A stretch of DNA of 32,000 nucleotides from contig NZ_LT934425.1 in the NCBI RefSeq assembly GCF_900232105.1, forward strand, positions 1,710,001 to 1,742,000, written 5' to 3'. The notes below the pieces were generated by a model. The model saw only the letters and a list, made by a program, of their open reading frames with translations. It ran no database searches and had not been told where the DNA came from. The DNA comes from Candidatus Kuenenia stuttgartensis (lineage in GTDB: Bacteria > Planctomycetota > Brocadiia > Brocadiales > Brocadiaceae). Shown in pieces: positions 9,393-17,877 of the stretch. Position numbers and translations under genes: made by a program. Within the stretch, counting starts at the first letter, position 1. Each line of letters starts with the position of its first letter.

Positions 9393-10229
9393 ATGCTGCG
9401 AAAAAGGCGCTTATTTTTATATGCACTGCTATGTATCATCTTTTTTGTCAATATAGGTGTAATTTCTTACCGGAATAATTCAACAGCAACGCCAGTGAAT
9501 TATTCTCCTGCCGAAACAATTCCTTTGCTTTTGTCCGGCGGGCTTCGTGGCATTGTCGTTGACCTTCTGTGGGTAAGGGCGCTTGCCAGGCACGAGGAGA
9601 AAAAATATTATGAATTGTTGACTATTAACAATCTCATATCTAAATTACAGCCTGATTTTCCTGCGGTTTGGATCTTTCAGGCATGGAATATGGCATATAA
9701 TATCGCCCATGAATGGGATTCGCCGCAAAACAAATGGAAATGGGTCAGCGCTGGATTGCATTTCGCAAAGAAAGGGGCGTTGAAAAATCCCGGGAGCGGT
9801 GATCTTTTTTTTGAATTAGGGTTTATGTATGCGCATTTGTTTGATCAACGGTACTTTAAATATGCAACATTTAACAGGGAACAATTGAAAAAAGAAGATG
9901 GGGAAGACAATTACGAAGCCGCCCTTTTCTGGATGGGAAAATCTGTTGTAAACGCGCCAAAGCTGAGAAATATCGCTGCGATAGAAAGAACCATTTGCCA
10001 TACCTTGTGGAAAGCGGCGCTATGTGCAGAAGAAGAGGGGAATTTTGGAAGTGCCCTTGATTATGTTGAAACTGCAATAAAGGAATGGAAAGAATATGGC
10101 GAAAAATACCCTGAAGATACGCTGGTAGAGGTAAAAACGTTTATCAAAAAGCTGGAAGAGAAAAAAATGGTTTTGTGCGATACAATAAATAAAGCCGACA
10201 ATTCCGTCTTGCAAGACTGGGAGAAATAA
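9393..10229 (+). CDS. TPR-like hypothetical protein clustered with the ABC transporter
   Basis: 278 aa, N-terminal TM/signal anchor, helical repeats (DLLWVRALARHEEKKYYELLTINNLISKLQPDFPAVWIFQAWNMAYNIA). It starts 8 nt after the permease stop. Confidence 0.65.
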   Translation: MLRKRRLFLYALLCIIFFVNIGVISYRNNSTATPVNYSPAETIPLLLSGGLRGIVVDLLWVRALARHEEKKYYELLTINNLISKLQPDFPAVWIFQAWNMAYNIAHEWDSPQNKWKWVSAGLHFAKKGALKNPGSGDLFFELGFMYAHLFDQRYFKYATFNREQLKKEDGEDNYEAALFWMGKSVVNAPKLRNIAAIERTICHTLWKAALCAEEEGNFGSALDYVETAIKEWKEYGEKYPEDTLVEVKTFIKKLEEKKMVLCDTINKADNSVLQDWEK

Positions 10230-10307
10230 ATCTTTTAGTGAATGTGTTGTATTACTTTGCTTCGTTATATTTTTAAATTAAAGAAATGATTGGCAGAAAG
10301 GAGAATA

Positions 10308-10325
10308 ATGTACGTCGATGAATAA
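10308..10325 (+). promoter_or_regulatory. Possible 5-codon leader minigene (MYVDE*) overlapping the hppA start
   Basis: AAAGGAG then aata ATG TAC GTC GAT GAA TAA. The ORF start ATG of hppA (10318) lies inside this minigene in another frame. Confidence 0.3.
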
Positions 10326-12720
10326 TTTTTTACGTATTTTTAATCTTATATTTAAAGTCAACCGTGTGAGTATCATAATGATACTTTTGATGTTGACCAT
10401 TTTTATCTTTGGGGCGGTAAAGTCAGATATTTTTTCTCACAATGCCCAGGCTCAAACAGCCGCAAAGATAAGCACGGAGATGCCTGCGTTTGACATCGGG
10501 CACCCCCTAATGTCAACTAAAGGCACAGCAGAAGATAGTTCTCGCTCAATACCTATACTTTGGTGGATTGCCCCGTTTGGAGCAATATGCGGTCTTTTCT
10601 TCGCAATGAAATTTTACAGAGGCGTTATGAAATTTCCGGAGGGCAATGAAAAGATGATTTCCATTGCAATGCACGTACGGAAAGGCGCTTATGCATATCT
10701 AAAACAACAATATAAGGTAATCGGCATCTTTATTGTCGGTGCATTTCTCGTACTTCTTTTCATCTCCTACGGATTAAAACTCCAATCGACAGTAGTGCCT
10801 TTCGCGTTCCTGTCCAGCGCTTTTTTATCGGGATTTGCCGGATTTTTGGGGATGAAAACAGCAACAAATGCAAGTGCAAGAACCGCAGAAGGCGCAAGGA
10901 AATCGTTAAACCAGGGATTACAGATTGCTTTTAGAAGCGGCGCGGTGATGGGGCTTGTAGTTGTGGGAATGGGGCTTCTGGATATTTCCTTGTGGTTTTT
11001 TGTGTTTCGCAAATTTACCAATTTTACCTTGCTGGATATGGCGATGATGTTACCGTGTTTTGGCATAGGCGCAAGCTCTCAGGCACTATTTGCCAGGGTT
11101 GGCGGTGGAATATTCACCAAAGCCGCAGATGTCGGGGCCGACCTGGTAGGAAAAATAGAGGCGGGCATTCCTGAAGATGACCCGAGAAATCCTGCGACCA
11201 TTGCGGATAACGTCGGCGACAATGTTGGCGACGTGGCAGGCATGGGAGCTGATTTGTATGAATCCTATTACAATTCAATGCTGGCATGCGCTGCATTGGC
11301 AATAACCGCAGGTTTAGGCATCGCCGGAATGGTTGTGCCCATGATATTGGCGGGAGTAGGTATTATTCTCTCCATTATAGGCATATATACGGTGAAGACA
11401 AAAGAAGAGGCGACGCAAAAAGAACTTTTGAAAGCCTTGGGGAAAGGAGTTAACATAAGTTCGATTCTGATACTGATAACATCGGCAATCGTTATTAAAT
11501 TTATGCTGCCCCAAAACTTCGGTGTTTGGGGTTCCATATTTACCGGATTAATTGCCGGTATAATTATTGGCAAAGGTACAGAATATTATACCTCCTCAAA
11601 TTATTCACCAACAAAAGGCATAGCGGGGCATGCGAAAACAGGCCCTGCGACGGTTATCATCGATGGCATTGCAACGGGCATGAAATCTACTATTATCCCT
11701 GTGGTAACAATTTCGGTTGCAATTTTATTAAGCTTTGGCTTTGCCGGTGGTTTCGCAAATACTTCACTCGGCCTGTATGGCATTGCCATTGCCGCAGTAA
11801 GCATGCTTTCCACGCTAGGCATTACTCTTGCTACCGATGCCTATGGGCCAATTGCGGACAATGCAGGCGGTAACGCGGAGATGAGCGGGCTTGAGCCGTA
11901 CGTCAGGGAAAGAACAGATGCACTGGATGCCTTAGGAAACACAACGGCTGCCACAGGGAAAGGGTTTGCGATTGGGTCGGCCGCTTTAACCGCAATGGCA
12001 TTGATTGCGTCATTTGTAGAGCAGGTAAAAATAGGATTGGAGCGTGCAGGAACACATGTCATACAGGTTGCCGGCATAAACATTGACATAGCAAAAGCAA
12101 CCTTAGCCGACCTTATGGCCTCTATGAATATTACCTTAATTAATCCAAAGGTGTTGGTCGGTTTATTTATTGGGGGGTTAATCTCCTTTGTCTTTTGCGC
12201 ATTGACAATGAAGGCTGTAGGGCGTGCCGCGGGTAGTATGGTAGAGGAGGTAAGAAGGCAATTCCGCGAAATTCCTGGTATTATGGAGGGGAAAAACCCG
12301 CCGGATTACGCCGCATGCGTCTCCATAAGCACTAAGGGCGCTCAGAGAGAAATGATACTTCCATCTGTACTTGCGCTTCTGACCCCAATTGCAACCGGTT
12401 TAATACTGGGGGTGCCTGGCATTGTGGGTCTCCTGGCGGGAAGCTTAACGACCGGATTTCTGCTGGCCGTTTTCATGGCAAACGCCGGCGGCGCATGGGA
12501 TAACGCAAAAAAATATATCGAAGGCGGTGCATTTGGCGGAAAAGGCTCTGATGCGCATAAAGCAGCCGTAGTGGGAGATACGGTAGGGGATCCGTTCAAA
12601 GATACTTCTGGCCCGTCGTTAAATATTTTATTAAAGCTGATGTCAGTAGTATCAGTCGTCTTTGCAGGAATCACTCTTAAATATTCGGAACAAATCAGCG
12701 CTTTTTTACACCTTAATTAG
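10318..12720 (+). CDS. hppA: Membrane-bound ion-translocating pyrophosphatase (K+-dependent-type motif)
   Basis: 800 aa with DVGADLVGKIEAGIPEDDPRNPATIADNVGDNVGDVAGMGADLYESY, TDAYGPIADNAGGNAEMSG, DALGNTTAATGKGFAIGSAALTAMAL, and GDTVGDPFKDTSGPSLNIL. Confidence 0.97.
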   Translation: MNNFLRIFNLIFKVNRVSIIMILLMLTIFIFGAVKSDIFSHNAQAQTAAKISTEMPAFDIGHPLMSTKGTAEDSSRSIPILWWIAPFGAICGLFFAMKFYRGVMKFPEGNEKMISIAMHVRKGAYAYLKQQYKVIGIFIVGAFLVLLFISYGLKLQSTVVPFAFLSSAFLSGFAGFLGMKTATNASARTAEGARKSLNQGLQIAFRSGAVMGLVVVGMGLLDISLWFFVFRKFTNFTLLDMAMMLPCFGIGASSQALFARVGGGIFTKAADVGADLVGKIEAGIPEDDPRNPATIADNVGDNVGDVAGMGADLYESYYNSMLACAALAITAGLGIAGMVVPMILAGVGIILSIIGIYTVKTKEEATQKELLKALGKGVNISSILILITSAIVIKFMLPQNFGVWGSIFTGLIAGIIIGKGTEYYTSSNYSPTKGIAGHAKTGPATVIIDGIATGMKSTIIPVVTISVAILLSFGFAGGFANTSLGLYGIAIAAVSMLSTLGITLATDAYGPIADNAGGNAEMSGLEPYVRERTDALDALGNTTAATGKGFAIGSAALTAMALIASFVEQVKIGLERAGTHVIQVAGINIDIAKATLADLMASMNITLINPKVLVGLFIGGLISFVFCALTMKAVGRAAGSMVEEVRRQFREIPGIMEGKNPPDYAACVSISTKGAQREMILPSVLALLTPIATGLILGVPGIVGLLAGSLTTGFLLAVFMANAGGAWDNAKKYIEGGAFGGKGSDAHKAAVVGDTVGDPFKDTSGPSLNILLKLMSVVSVVFAGITLKYSEQISAFLHLN

Positions 12721-12730
12721 CGGTAACTAA

Positions 12731-12766
12731 AGCATGGCGTTGAATTGAAACATTCAGCGCCATGCT
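12731..12766. terminator. Strong hairpin downstream of hppA, possible transcription terminator without an obvious T-tract
   Basis: AGCATGGCGTTGAAT (12731-12745) pairs with ATTCAGCGCCATGCT (12752-12766): 15-bp stem including one G-U, 6-nt loop. Confidence 0.5.
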
Positions 12767-12770
12767 TATA

Positions 12771-12900
12771 TATACCTTACGAGTGCACAAATTGTGCTTT
12801 CAATTGTAGAGCGAAGAGTCTCTTCGCTTACTCTATATATTGGTATCAGCAAAGTGGTACTTCGCTCTACATTTCGTAATTTGTGCACTCGTAAGGTATA
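12771..12900. repeat. 130-bp MITE-like element with perfect 23-bp terminal inverted repeats
   Basis: TATACCTTACGAGTGCACAAATT at 12771-12793 and its exact reverse complement at 12878-12900. No ORF. Internal short hairpins. Confidence 0.8.
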
Positions 12901-12912
12901 GTCAAACAAATA

Positions 12913-13073
12913 GTACACTTTAGTCTTTTGAAACTGGAAATAATGATTTGTAGTGCGACGAGGTTCGTCGCATTGTTTTGAGTAGACCCTATTCCTTATC
13001 GCACTGTTTTTTTTGGTGCGACGAACCTCGTCGCACTACATTGCTGGAATTTTTCAAAAAACTAAAGTGCTAC
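12913..13073. repeat. 161-bp MITE-like nested inverted-repeat element
   Basis: Outer imperfect arms GTACACTTTAGTCTTTTGAAA / TTTTTCAAAAAACTAAAGTGCTAC. Inner perfect 24-bp arms TGTAGTGCGACGAGGTTCGTCGCA at 12949-12972 and its reverse complement at 13017-13040. Confidence 0.8.
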
Positions 13074-13166
13074 AATAAACCTGTTTAACCGTGGCAGGTA
13101 GTAGTATTTTTTAACTGCAACAGTCCTTTACAAAATTGCGGTCGTTTAAAGAGAGGAGGTAAAATT

Positions 13167-13409
13167 ATGGCGAATAATAGCCACGCGGAAGCAGAGTGCA
13201 AAATATGCCCTAATTCTCATTGCCAGTTTGATCATCATGCAAAAGGCGCAAATTTTTGTATTTTATGCGGAACGCTTTTGTATTACAGGTGCGATGATTG
13301 TGCATCCGTAAATCCCAAATACGCAAAGTTTTGTTTCTATTGCGGGAGCAACATTGCGGATGTCGAATCCTCAGCACACTATAATCCGGGTTTCGAAGAT
13401 GCTTTGTAA
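13167..13409 (+). CDS. Small double zinc-ribbon protein
   Basis: 80 aa with paired Cys motifs CKICPNSHCQF, FCILCG, YRCDDCASVNPKYAKFCFYCGS. GAGAGGAGG-like ribosome binding site upstream. Confidence 0.75.
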   Translation: MANNSHAEAECKICPNSHCQFDHHAKGANFCILCGTLLYYRCDDCASVNPKYAKFCFYCGSNIADVESSAHYNPGFEDAL

Positions 13410-13447
13410 ACTCAATAAAAAAACTTTATGTTTTAAGGAGAGAAAAA

Positions 13448-13801
13448 ACGTTAGATTCTAAAGAAAAGGCAATTATATTTGCCAGAATTGCAGACGATAA
13501 AAAAGCGGAAGAAATAGTAATATTGGAGGTAAAAGAGGTATCCTTTATTGCCGATTTCTTCGTTATTTGCAGTGGATTGAACAGCCGTCAGTTGCAGGGT
13601 ATTGCAGATGAAGTTGAACTAAAAATGAAAGAGTATGGGATTTATCGTAGCGGCATAGAGGGATATGCGGAGGCGAAATGGATACTAATCGATTATGGAG
13701 ATGTGGTGCTTCACCTTTTTTGCCAGGAAATGCGTCATTTTTATGACCTCGAGCTTTTATGGGGCGACGCACCAAAAATACCATGGAGAACACCTCTGTA
13801 A
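13448..13801 (+). CDS. rsfS: Ribosome silencing factor RsfS (Iojap-like), probable non-canonical start
   Basis: LDSKEKAIIFARIADDKKAEEIVILEVKEVSFIADFFVICSGLNSRQLQGIADEVELKMKEYG...GYAEAKWILIDYGDVVLHLFCQEMRHFYDLELLWGDA. The ORF track begins at TTG 13523, which omits the conserved N-terminus. Confidence 0.85.
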   Translation, partial: TLDSKEKAIIFARIADDKKAEEIVILEVKEVSFIADFFVICSGLNSRQLQGIADEVELKMKEYGIYRSGIEGYAEAKWILIDYGDVVLHLFCQEMRHFYDLELLWGDAPKIPWRTPL

Positions 13802-13813
13802 ACGAGGCGTCCG

Positions 13814-14062
13814 CTAATTATTTCTGCCAGAACGGGTAAAGCTTGTGCGTGCAACCACTGTTTGTCCTGAAATGCCCAGCTTTTGAGCCCTTTTAATATT
13901 TTTTATACGACGGCTTTCTTCACGACGTTTTTTCTCCGAAGGTTTTTCAAAATACGCAATGCGTTTTGACTGGTTAATAATACCTTCTTTATCACACATT
14001 TTCTTGAACCTTCGAAGAGCATCTCTTATGTTTTCATCGGATGTAATCAATATTTTTGCCAT
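13814..14062 (-). CDS. rpsU: 30S ribosomal protein S21
   Basis: 82 aa: ENIRDALRRFKKMCDKEGIINQSKRIAYFEKPSEKKRREESRRIKNIKRAQK, the S21 signature with a C-terminal extension. Confidence 0.85.
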   Translation of the reverse strand: MAKILITSDENIRDALRRFKKMCDKEGIINQSKRIAYFEKPSEKKRREESRRIKNIKRAQKLGISGQTVVARTSFTRSGRNN

Positions 14063-14212
14063 AAATCTCCTTAAAGCCTTTCTATAATATTTGGTCTGTA
14101 AAAATTAAAGGATAATTGTAAAACTTATGTCATTATCCGTCAAGTAAAAAATTGACCTGAACGGTAAATATGTATCAAAATCTATGTCTGCTTCGGAAAA
14201 GAAGCCATGTAG

Positions 14213-14229
14213 GGCAGGCACTGCCTGCC
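14213..14229. repeat. Short perfect palindrome
   Basis: GGCAGGCA-C-TGCCTGCC. Confidence 0.6.
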
Positions 14230-14248
14230 GGAAGTTGGGATGTTACAA

Positions 14249-14290
14249 GGTACGGTTTACGAAGTGCGATTTAAAATCGTAAATCGTACA
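14249..14290. repeat. Imperfect dyad upstream of trpD, heptad-like on the reverse strand
   Basis: GGTACGGTTTACGA...TCGTAAATCGTACA outer arms (12/14) around CGATTTaAAATCG. Reverse strand reads TACGATT TACGATT. Confidence 0.6.
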
Positions 14291-14341
14291 TCTAATCTGT
14301 CTGTTTCTTGAAAGAGGAAAAAACAACCCTTTACTCTTTGA

Positions 14342-15370
14342 ATGTTTAACGCCATGTTTAACAAGGAAATAATTTACAAACTAACAAACAGAAGGAATTT
14401 GAGCCAGGAAGAAAGCTTTGCCGCTATGACACAAATTATGGAAGGGTATGCGACAGAGTCTCAAATTGCCTCGTTTTTAACTGCCTTATGTATGAAAGGT
14501 GAAACCGTTGATGAAATAACAGGGTGTGCGCTGGCGATACGACAAAAAGCCTTACAGATAAACGCCGGTACAGGGATAATTGTTGACACCTGCGGAACAG
14601 GCGGTGACGCAAAAAACACATTCAATATTTCTACCGCGGCTGCATTTGTTATAGCGGGAGTGGGCATAAAAGTCGCAAAACACGGGAACAAAGCGGTTTC
14701 GGGTAATTGTGGCAGTGCGGATGTTTTGCAGCGGTTGGGTGTTAATATCGCGGCAGATGTAAAAACAGTAGAGAAGTGTATTGAGGCTGCGAATGTTGGA
14801 TTTCTCTTTGCACCTCTTTTACACCAGGCAATGAAACATGCGGGCAAACCAAGAAAGGAAATAGGGATACGGACAATATTTAATCTTATCGGGCCTCTCG
14901 CAAATCCTGCAGGCGCTGTCCACCGTATTCTGGGGGTATATAATGAACACCTGACCTTTATCATTGCGGAAACCCTAAAGCGGTTAGGCGATAAACATGC
15001 TTTTGTTGTACACGGACTTGACGGTCTGGACGAAATCACCGTCACAGGAAAAACAAAAATCTGCGAACTTGCTGACGGCGCAATAAAAAGCTACTATATA
15101 GAACCTCAGGATTTTGGAATAAAAAAATCCAGCCTTTCAGATCTTATGGTAAATTCACCGGAAGAGAGTGCGCTGGCAATGAAAGAGGTATTCAACGGCG
15201 TCCGTAGCCCTAAAAGAGATATTGTCCTTATGAATGCCGCGGCCGCAATCATCACCGGAGGAAAGGCAAAAACCTTCGGAGAGGGAATAGACGTCGCCGG
15301 TCGGTCTATCGATGAAGGAAGGGCGAAAGAATCGCTCCGGAAATTAATCGATATAAGCTGGCAGCGCTAG
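14342..15370 (+). CDS. trpD: Anthranilate phosphoribosyltransferase
   Basis: 342 aa: [83 protein letters not shown]. Confidence 0.97.
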   Translation: MFNAMFNKEIIYKLTNRRNLSQEESFAAMTQIMEGYATESQIASFLTALCMKGETVDEITGCALAIRQKALQINAGTGIIVDTCGTGGDAKNTFNISTAAAFVIAGVGIKVAKHGNKAVSGNCGSADVLQRLGVNIAADVKTVEKCIEAANVGFLFAPLLHQAMKHAGKPRKEIGIRTIFNLIGPLANPAGAVHRILGVYNEHLTFIIAETLKRLGDKHAFVVHGLDGLDEITVTGKTKICELADGAIKSYYIEPQDFGIKKSSLSDLMVNSPEESALAMKEVFNGVRSPKRDIVLMNAAAAIITGGKAKTFGEGIDVAGRSIDEGRAKESLRKLIDISWQR

Positions 15371-15449
15371 AAGTTACGCCACAAAAAAACCACCTGTTTT
15401 ATTTGTGATAATTATGTTGCTTTTCATACTGAAATTTGTTTCACTACCC

Positions 15450-15540
15450 GAATTCTTTTCATTTTATAAACTTTACACAATCAACCATTCTCGCCAGAAT
15501 TCTTTTCATTTTATAAATCTTACACAATCAACCATTCTCG
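15450..15540. repeat. Tandem duplication with a 47-bp period upstream of the arginine decarboxylase gene
   Basis: gaattcttttcattttataaactttacacaatcaaccattctcg (15450-15493) repeated almost exactly at 15497-15540. Confidence 0.9.
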
Positions 15541-15554
15541 AAGGAATTATAATT

Positions 15555-16097
15555 ATGATGATACCAAAGATGGTTTTCTTTACAAAAGGCGTTGGGAAAC
15601 ATAAAGACAAATTGCAATCCTTTGAACTTGCCTTAAGAAAAGCTGGTATAGAAAAATGTAATTTGGTACGCGTATCCAGTATATGTCCGCCAAATTGCAA
15701 GATAATCTCCAAGCCACAGGGAGTTCCCATGCTAAAGGCCGGGCAGGTCGTTTTCTGTGTAATGAGCGAAAATTCTACTTGCGAACCAAACAGGATGATA
15801 ACCGCTTCCGTCGGTATGGCCATACCTTCAACCGTGGGTTATGGATATCTGAGCGAGCACCATGCCTTCGGAGAAACTGAGGAAAAATCCGGCGATTATG
15901 CTGAAGACCTTGCGGCTAGCATGTTAGCAAGCACCCTGGGTATCGAATTTGACCCTGAGAAAAACTACGATGAACGCAAAGAAATTTACCGGATGAGCGG
16001 GAAGATTGTAAAGACAAGGAATATTACTCAGGCGGCAAGAGGAGATAAGCACGGTTTATGGACAACCGTTGTAGCTGCCGCAGTGTTTGTTTTATAA
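15555..16097 (+). CDS. Pyruvoyl-dependent arginine decarboxylase
   Basis: [51 protein letters not shown]...[22 protein letters not shown]; the conserved Ser in the S-rich/ASVG region is the likely self-cleavage site. AAGGAAT precedes ATG 15555; the track start at 15405 is upstream of this. Confidence 0.88.
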   Translation: MMIPKMVFFTKGVGKHKDKLQSFELALRKAGIEKCNLVRVSSICPPNCKIISKPQGVPMLKAGQVVFCVMSENSTCEPNRMITASVGMAIPSTVGYGYLSEHHAFGETEEKSGDYAEDLAASMLASTLGIEFDPEKNYDERKEIYRMSGKIVKTRNITQAARGDKHGLWTTVVAAAVFVL

Positions 16098-16166
16098 GGA
16101 ATTTTTCCCGTTTATTACGTTGAAAATATACTTCAAACTTCAGGCAATAAAACGTTCCCCTAATAC

Positions 16167-17402
16167 ATGAAAGAACACGTACCCGAATACTTACAAGAAC
16201 TTCCTTCAGGGGGCATAGTCACTCCAAAAGAGTTTCAGGCTTCAGGAACTTATTGTGGAATAAAAACAGCAAAAGAGAGTCTTGACCTGGGCATAATTTT
16301 CTCAAAAACCTCTGCAACGGGAGCGGCTCTTTTCACAACAAACAAGATATGTGCTGCGCCTGTACTGCTGGGGAGAAAAAACACCCGGGGCGGAAAACTT
16401 CGTGCAGTAGTGGTAAACAGCGGCAATGCTAATGCATGCACAGGGGAGCGTGGTTACAAAGATGCTGAAGAGATGGCATTGATAACGTCAAAACTCCTCG
16501 CAATTCCTCCGGAAGAAATTTTGGTATCTTCCACAGGCATCATAGGCAAACACTTGCCAATGGATAAAATTTCCGCGGGGATTCAGCAGGCATCCGCCTC
16601 TTTAGGCAATACCCCTGCGCATGGAAGATCAATCGCGCAGGCGATTATGACCACGGATACAAGACCCAAAAGCATTGCGATTAAAATAAAAACACAAGGA
16701 AAAGAAGTGTTCATTGGAGGAATCTGCAAGGGGGCAGGAATGATCTCCCCAAACCTTGCCACAATGCTCTGTTTCTTAACGACCGATGCTAAAATTTCAG
16801 CAGACCTTTTGCATACGTGCCTTGTACATTCAGCAGAGCAATCTTTTAACCGTATCACGATTGACGGGCACATGAGTACAAACGACACCGCCGCCATTAT
16901 TGCAAACGGGGCTTCCGGCGTTGAGGTGACGTCTGAAGGGGCCGAATTATCACTGTTTCAGAAAGGGCTCGACTACGTTGCCGGATGGCTGGCAAAAGCC
17001 ATTATTCTGGACGGGGAAGGGGCAACAAAATTCATTCAAATCTTTGTAACGGGTGCAAAATCCCTCAATGACGCTACCAAAACCGCCAGAACCATCGGAG
17101 ATTCACCTCTCGTAAAAACAGCAATGCACGGAAGCGACCCAAACTGGGGGCGTATCGTTTCTGCCGCCGGATATGCCGGGGTTGAGCTTGACGAAGCAAA
17201 TACCACGCTTCATATCAATGATGTGCTTGTGTATGAAAAGGGAATGCCCGCCTCTTTTGATCATGCCACCCTAAAAACTTCTATGCAAGCGCGTGATATT
17301 TTTATCAAACTGCAAATAGGAACCGGAGATTACTCGGATACAATCCGGACGTGTGATTTATCAAAAGAATACGTCTCTATCAATGCCGATTATCACACCT
17401 AA
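16167..17402 (+). CDS. argJ: Bifunctional glutamate N-acetyltransferase/amino-acid acetyltransferase
   Basis: 411 aa: VVNSGNANACTGERG, EEILVSSTGIIGKHLPMDKI, GICKGAGMISPNLATMLCFLTTDA, and SAEQSFNRITIDGHMSTNDTAAIIANG. Confidence 0.97.
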   Translation: MKEHVPEYLQELPSGGIVTPKEFQASGTYCGIKTAKESLDLGIIFSKTSATGAALFTTNKICAAPVLLGRKNTRGGKLRAVVVNSGNANACTGERGYKDAEEMALITSKLLAIPPEEILVSSTGIIGKHLPMDKISAGIQQASASLGNTPAHGRSIAQAIMTTDTRPKSIAIKIKTQGKEVFIGGICKGAGMISPNLATMLCFLTTDAKISADLLHTCLVHSAEQSFNRITIDGHMSTNDTAAIIANGASGVEVTSEGAELSLFQKGLDYVAGWLAKAIILDGEGATKFIQIFVTGAKSLNDATKTARTIGDSPLVKTAMHGSDPNWGRIVSAAGYAGVELDEANTTLHINDVLVYEKGMPASFDHATLKTSMQARDIFIKLQIGTGDYSDTIRTCDLSKEYVSINADYHT

Positions 17403-17749
17403 CCTGAACACGCCAACAGCCAGACAAACACAAAACGCCAAATACGAAAGTAGAACTACAAGTTACTTTGCGCAGCCTTTGGCCGCAACAAATTCAAATG
17501 ACAAAAACCTCAATGCTCCAAACTTTACGCAAGCCTCATCCAATCAATGCTTCACGGTTATGCCTTTTGAAAAACGAGCATTAAAAACAAGAAGTTGCTG
17601 GATAGTAGTACAGATTAAAAAAATTGTAAAGTATAGAGGCAAAGCATTTGCTACAAAGCTGCTACGTCTCCGTTTATTTAGTACAAAATATCACATTATC
17701 TGAATATGGAATTTTTTGTTTCTTGTAAACATTACCCTGCTCAGTTGTT

Positions 17750-17798
17750 ATATACTCAATCAGACTGAAACCACTGGTTTCAGTCTGATTGAGTATAT
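17750..17798. repeat. Perfect 49-nt palindrome (24-bp arms, 1-nt centre), possible bidirectional terminator or cruciform
   Basis: ATATACTCAATCAGACTGAAACCA-C-TGGTTTCAGTCTGATTGAGTATAT between convergent argJ and miaB. Confidence 0.85.
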
Positions 17799-17877
17799 CA
17801 ATTTATAGCAACTAATTCGCCCCTACATGTAAAATCTGATTACCGGTTTTACGTGGGTTAGATAGTTAGGGGAAATG

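Noticed and set aside
10767-12674. Reverse-strand and alternate-frame ORFs within hppA
   Set aside because: Shadows of the well-supported pyrophosphatase gene.
14461-15045. 194-aa reverse ORF within trpD
   Set aside because: Long but antisense to a strongly conserved enzyme; composition typical of a shadow ORF.
17353-17703. 116-aa forward ORF overlapping the end of argJ
   Set aside because: Begins in another frame of argJ and continues into intergenic sequence with no recognisable protein features.
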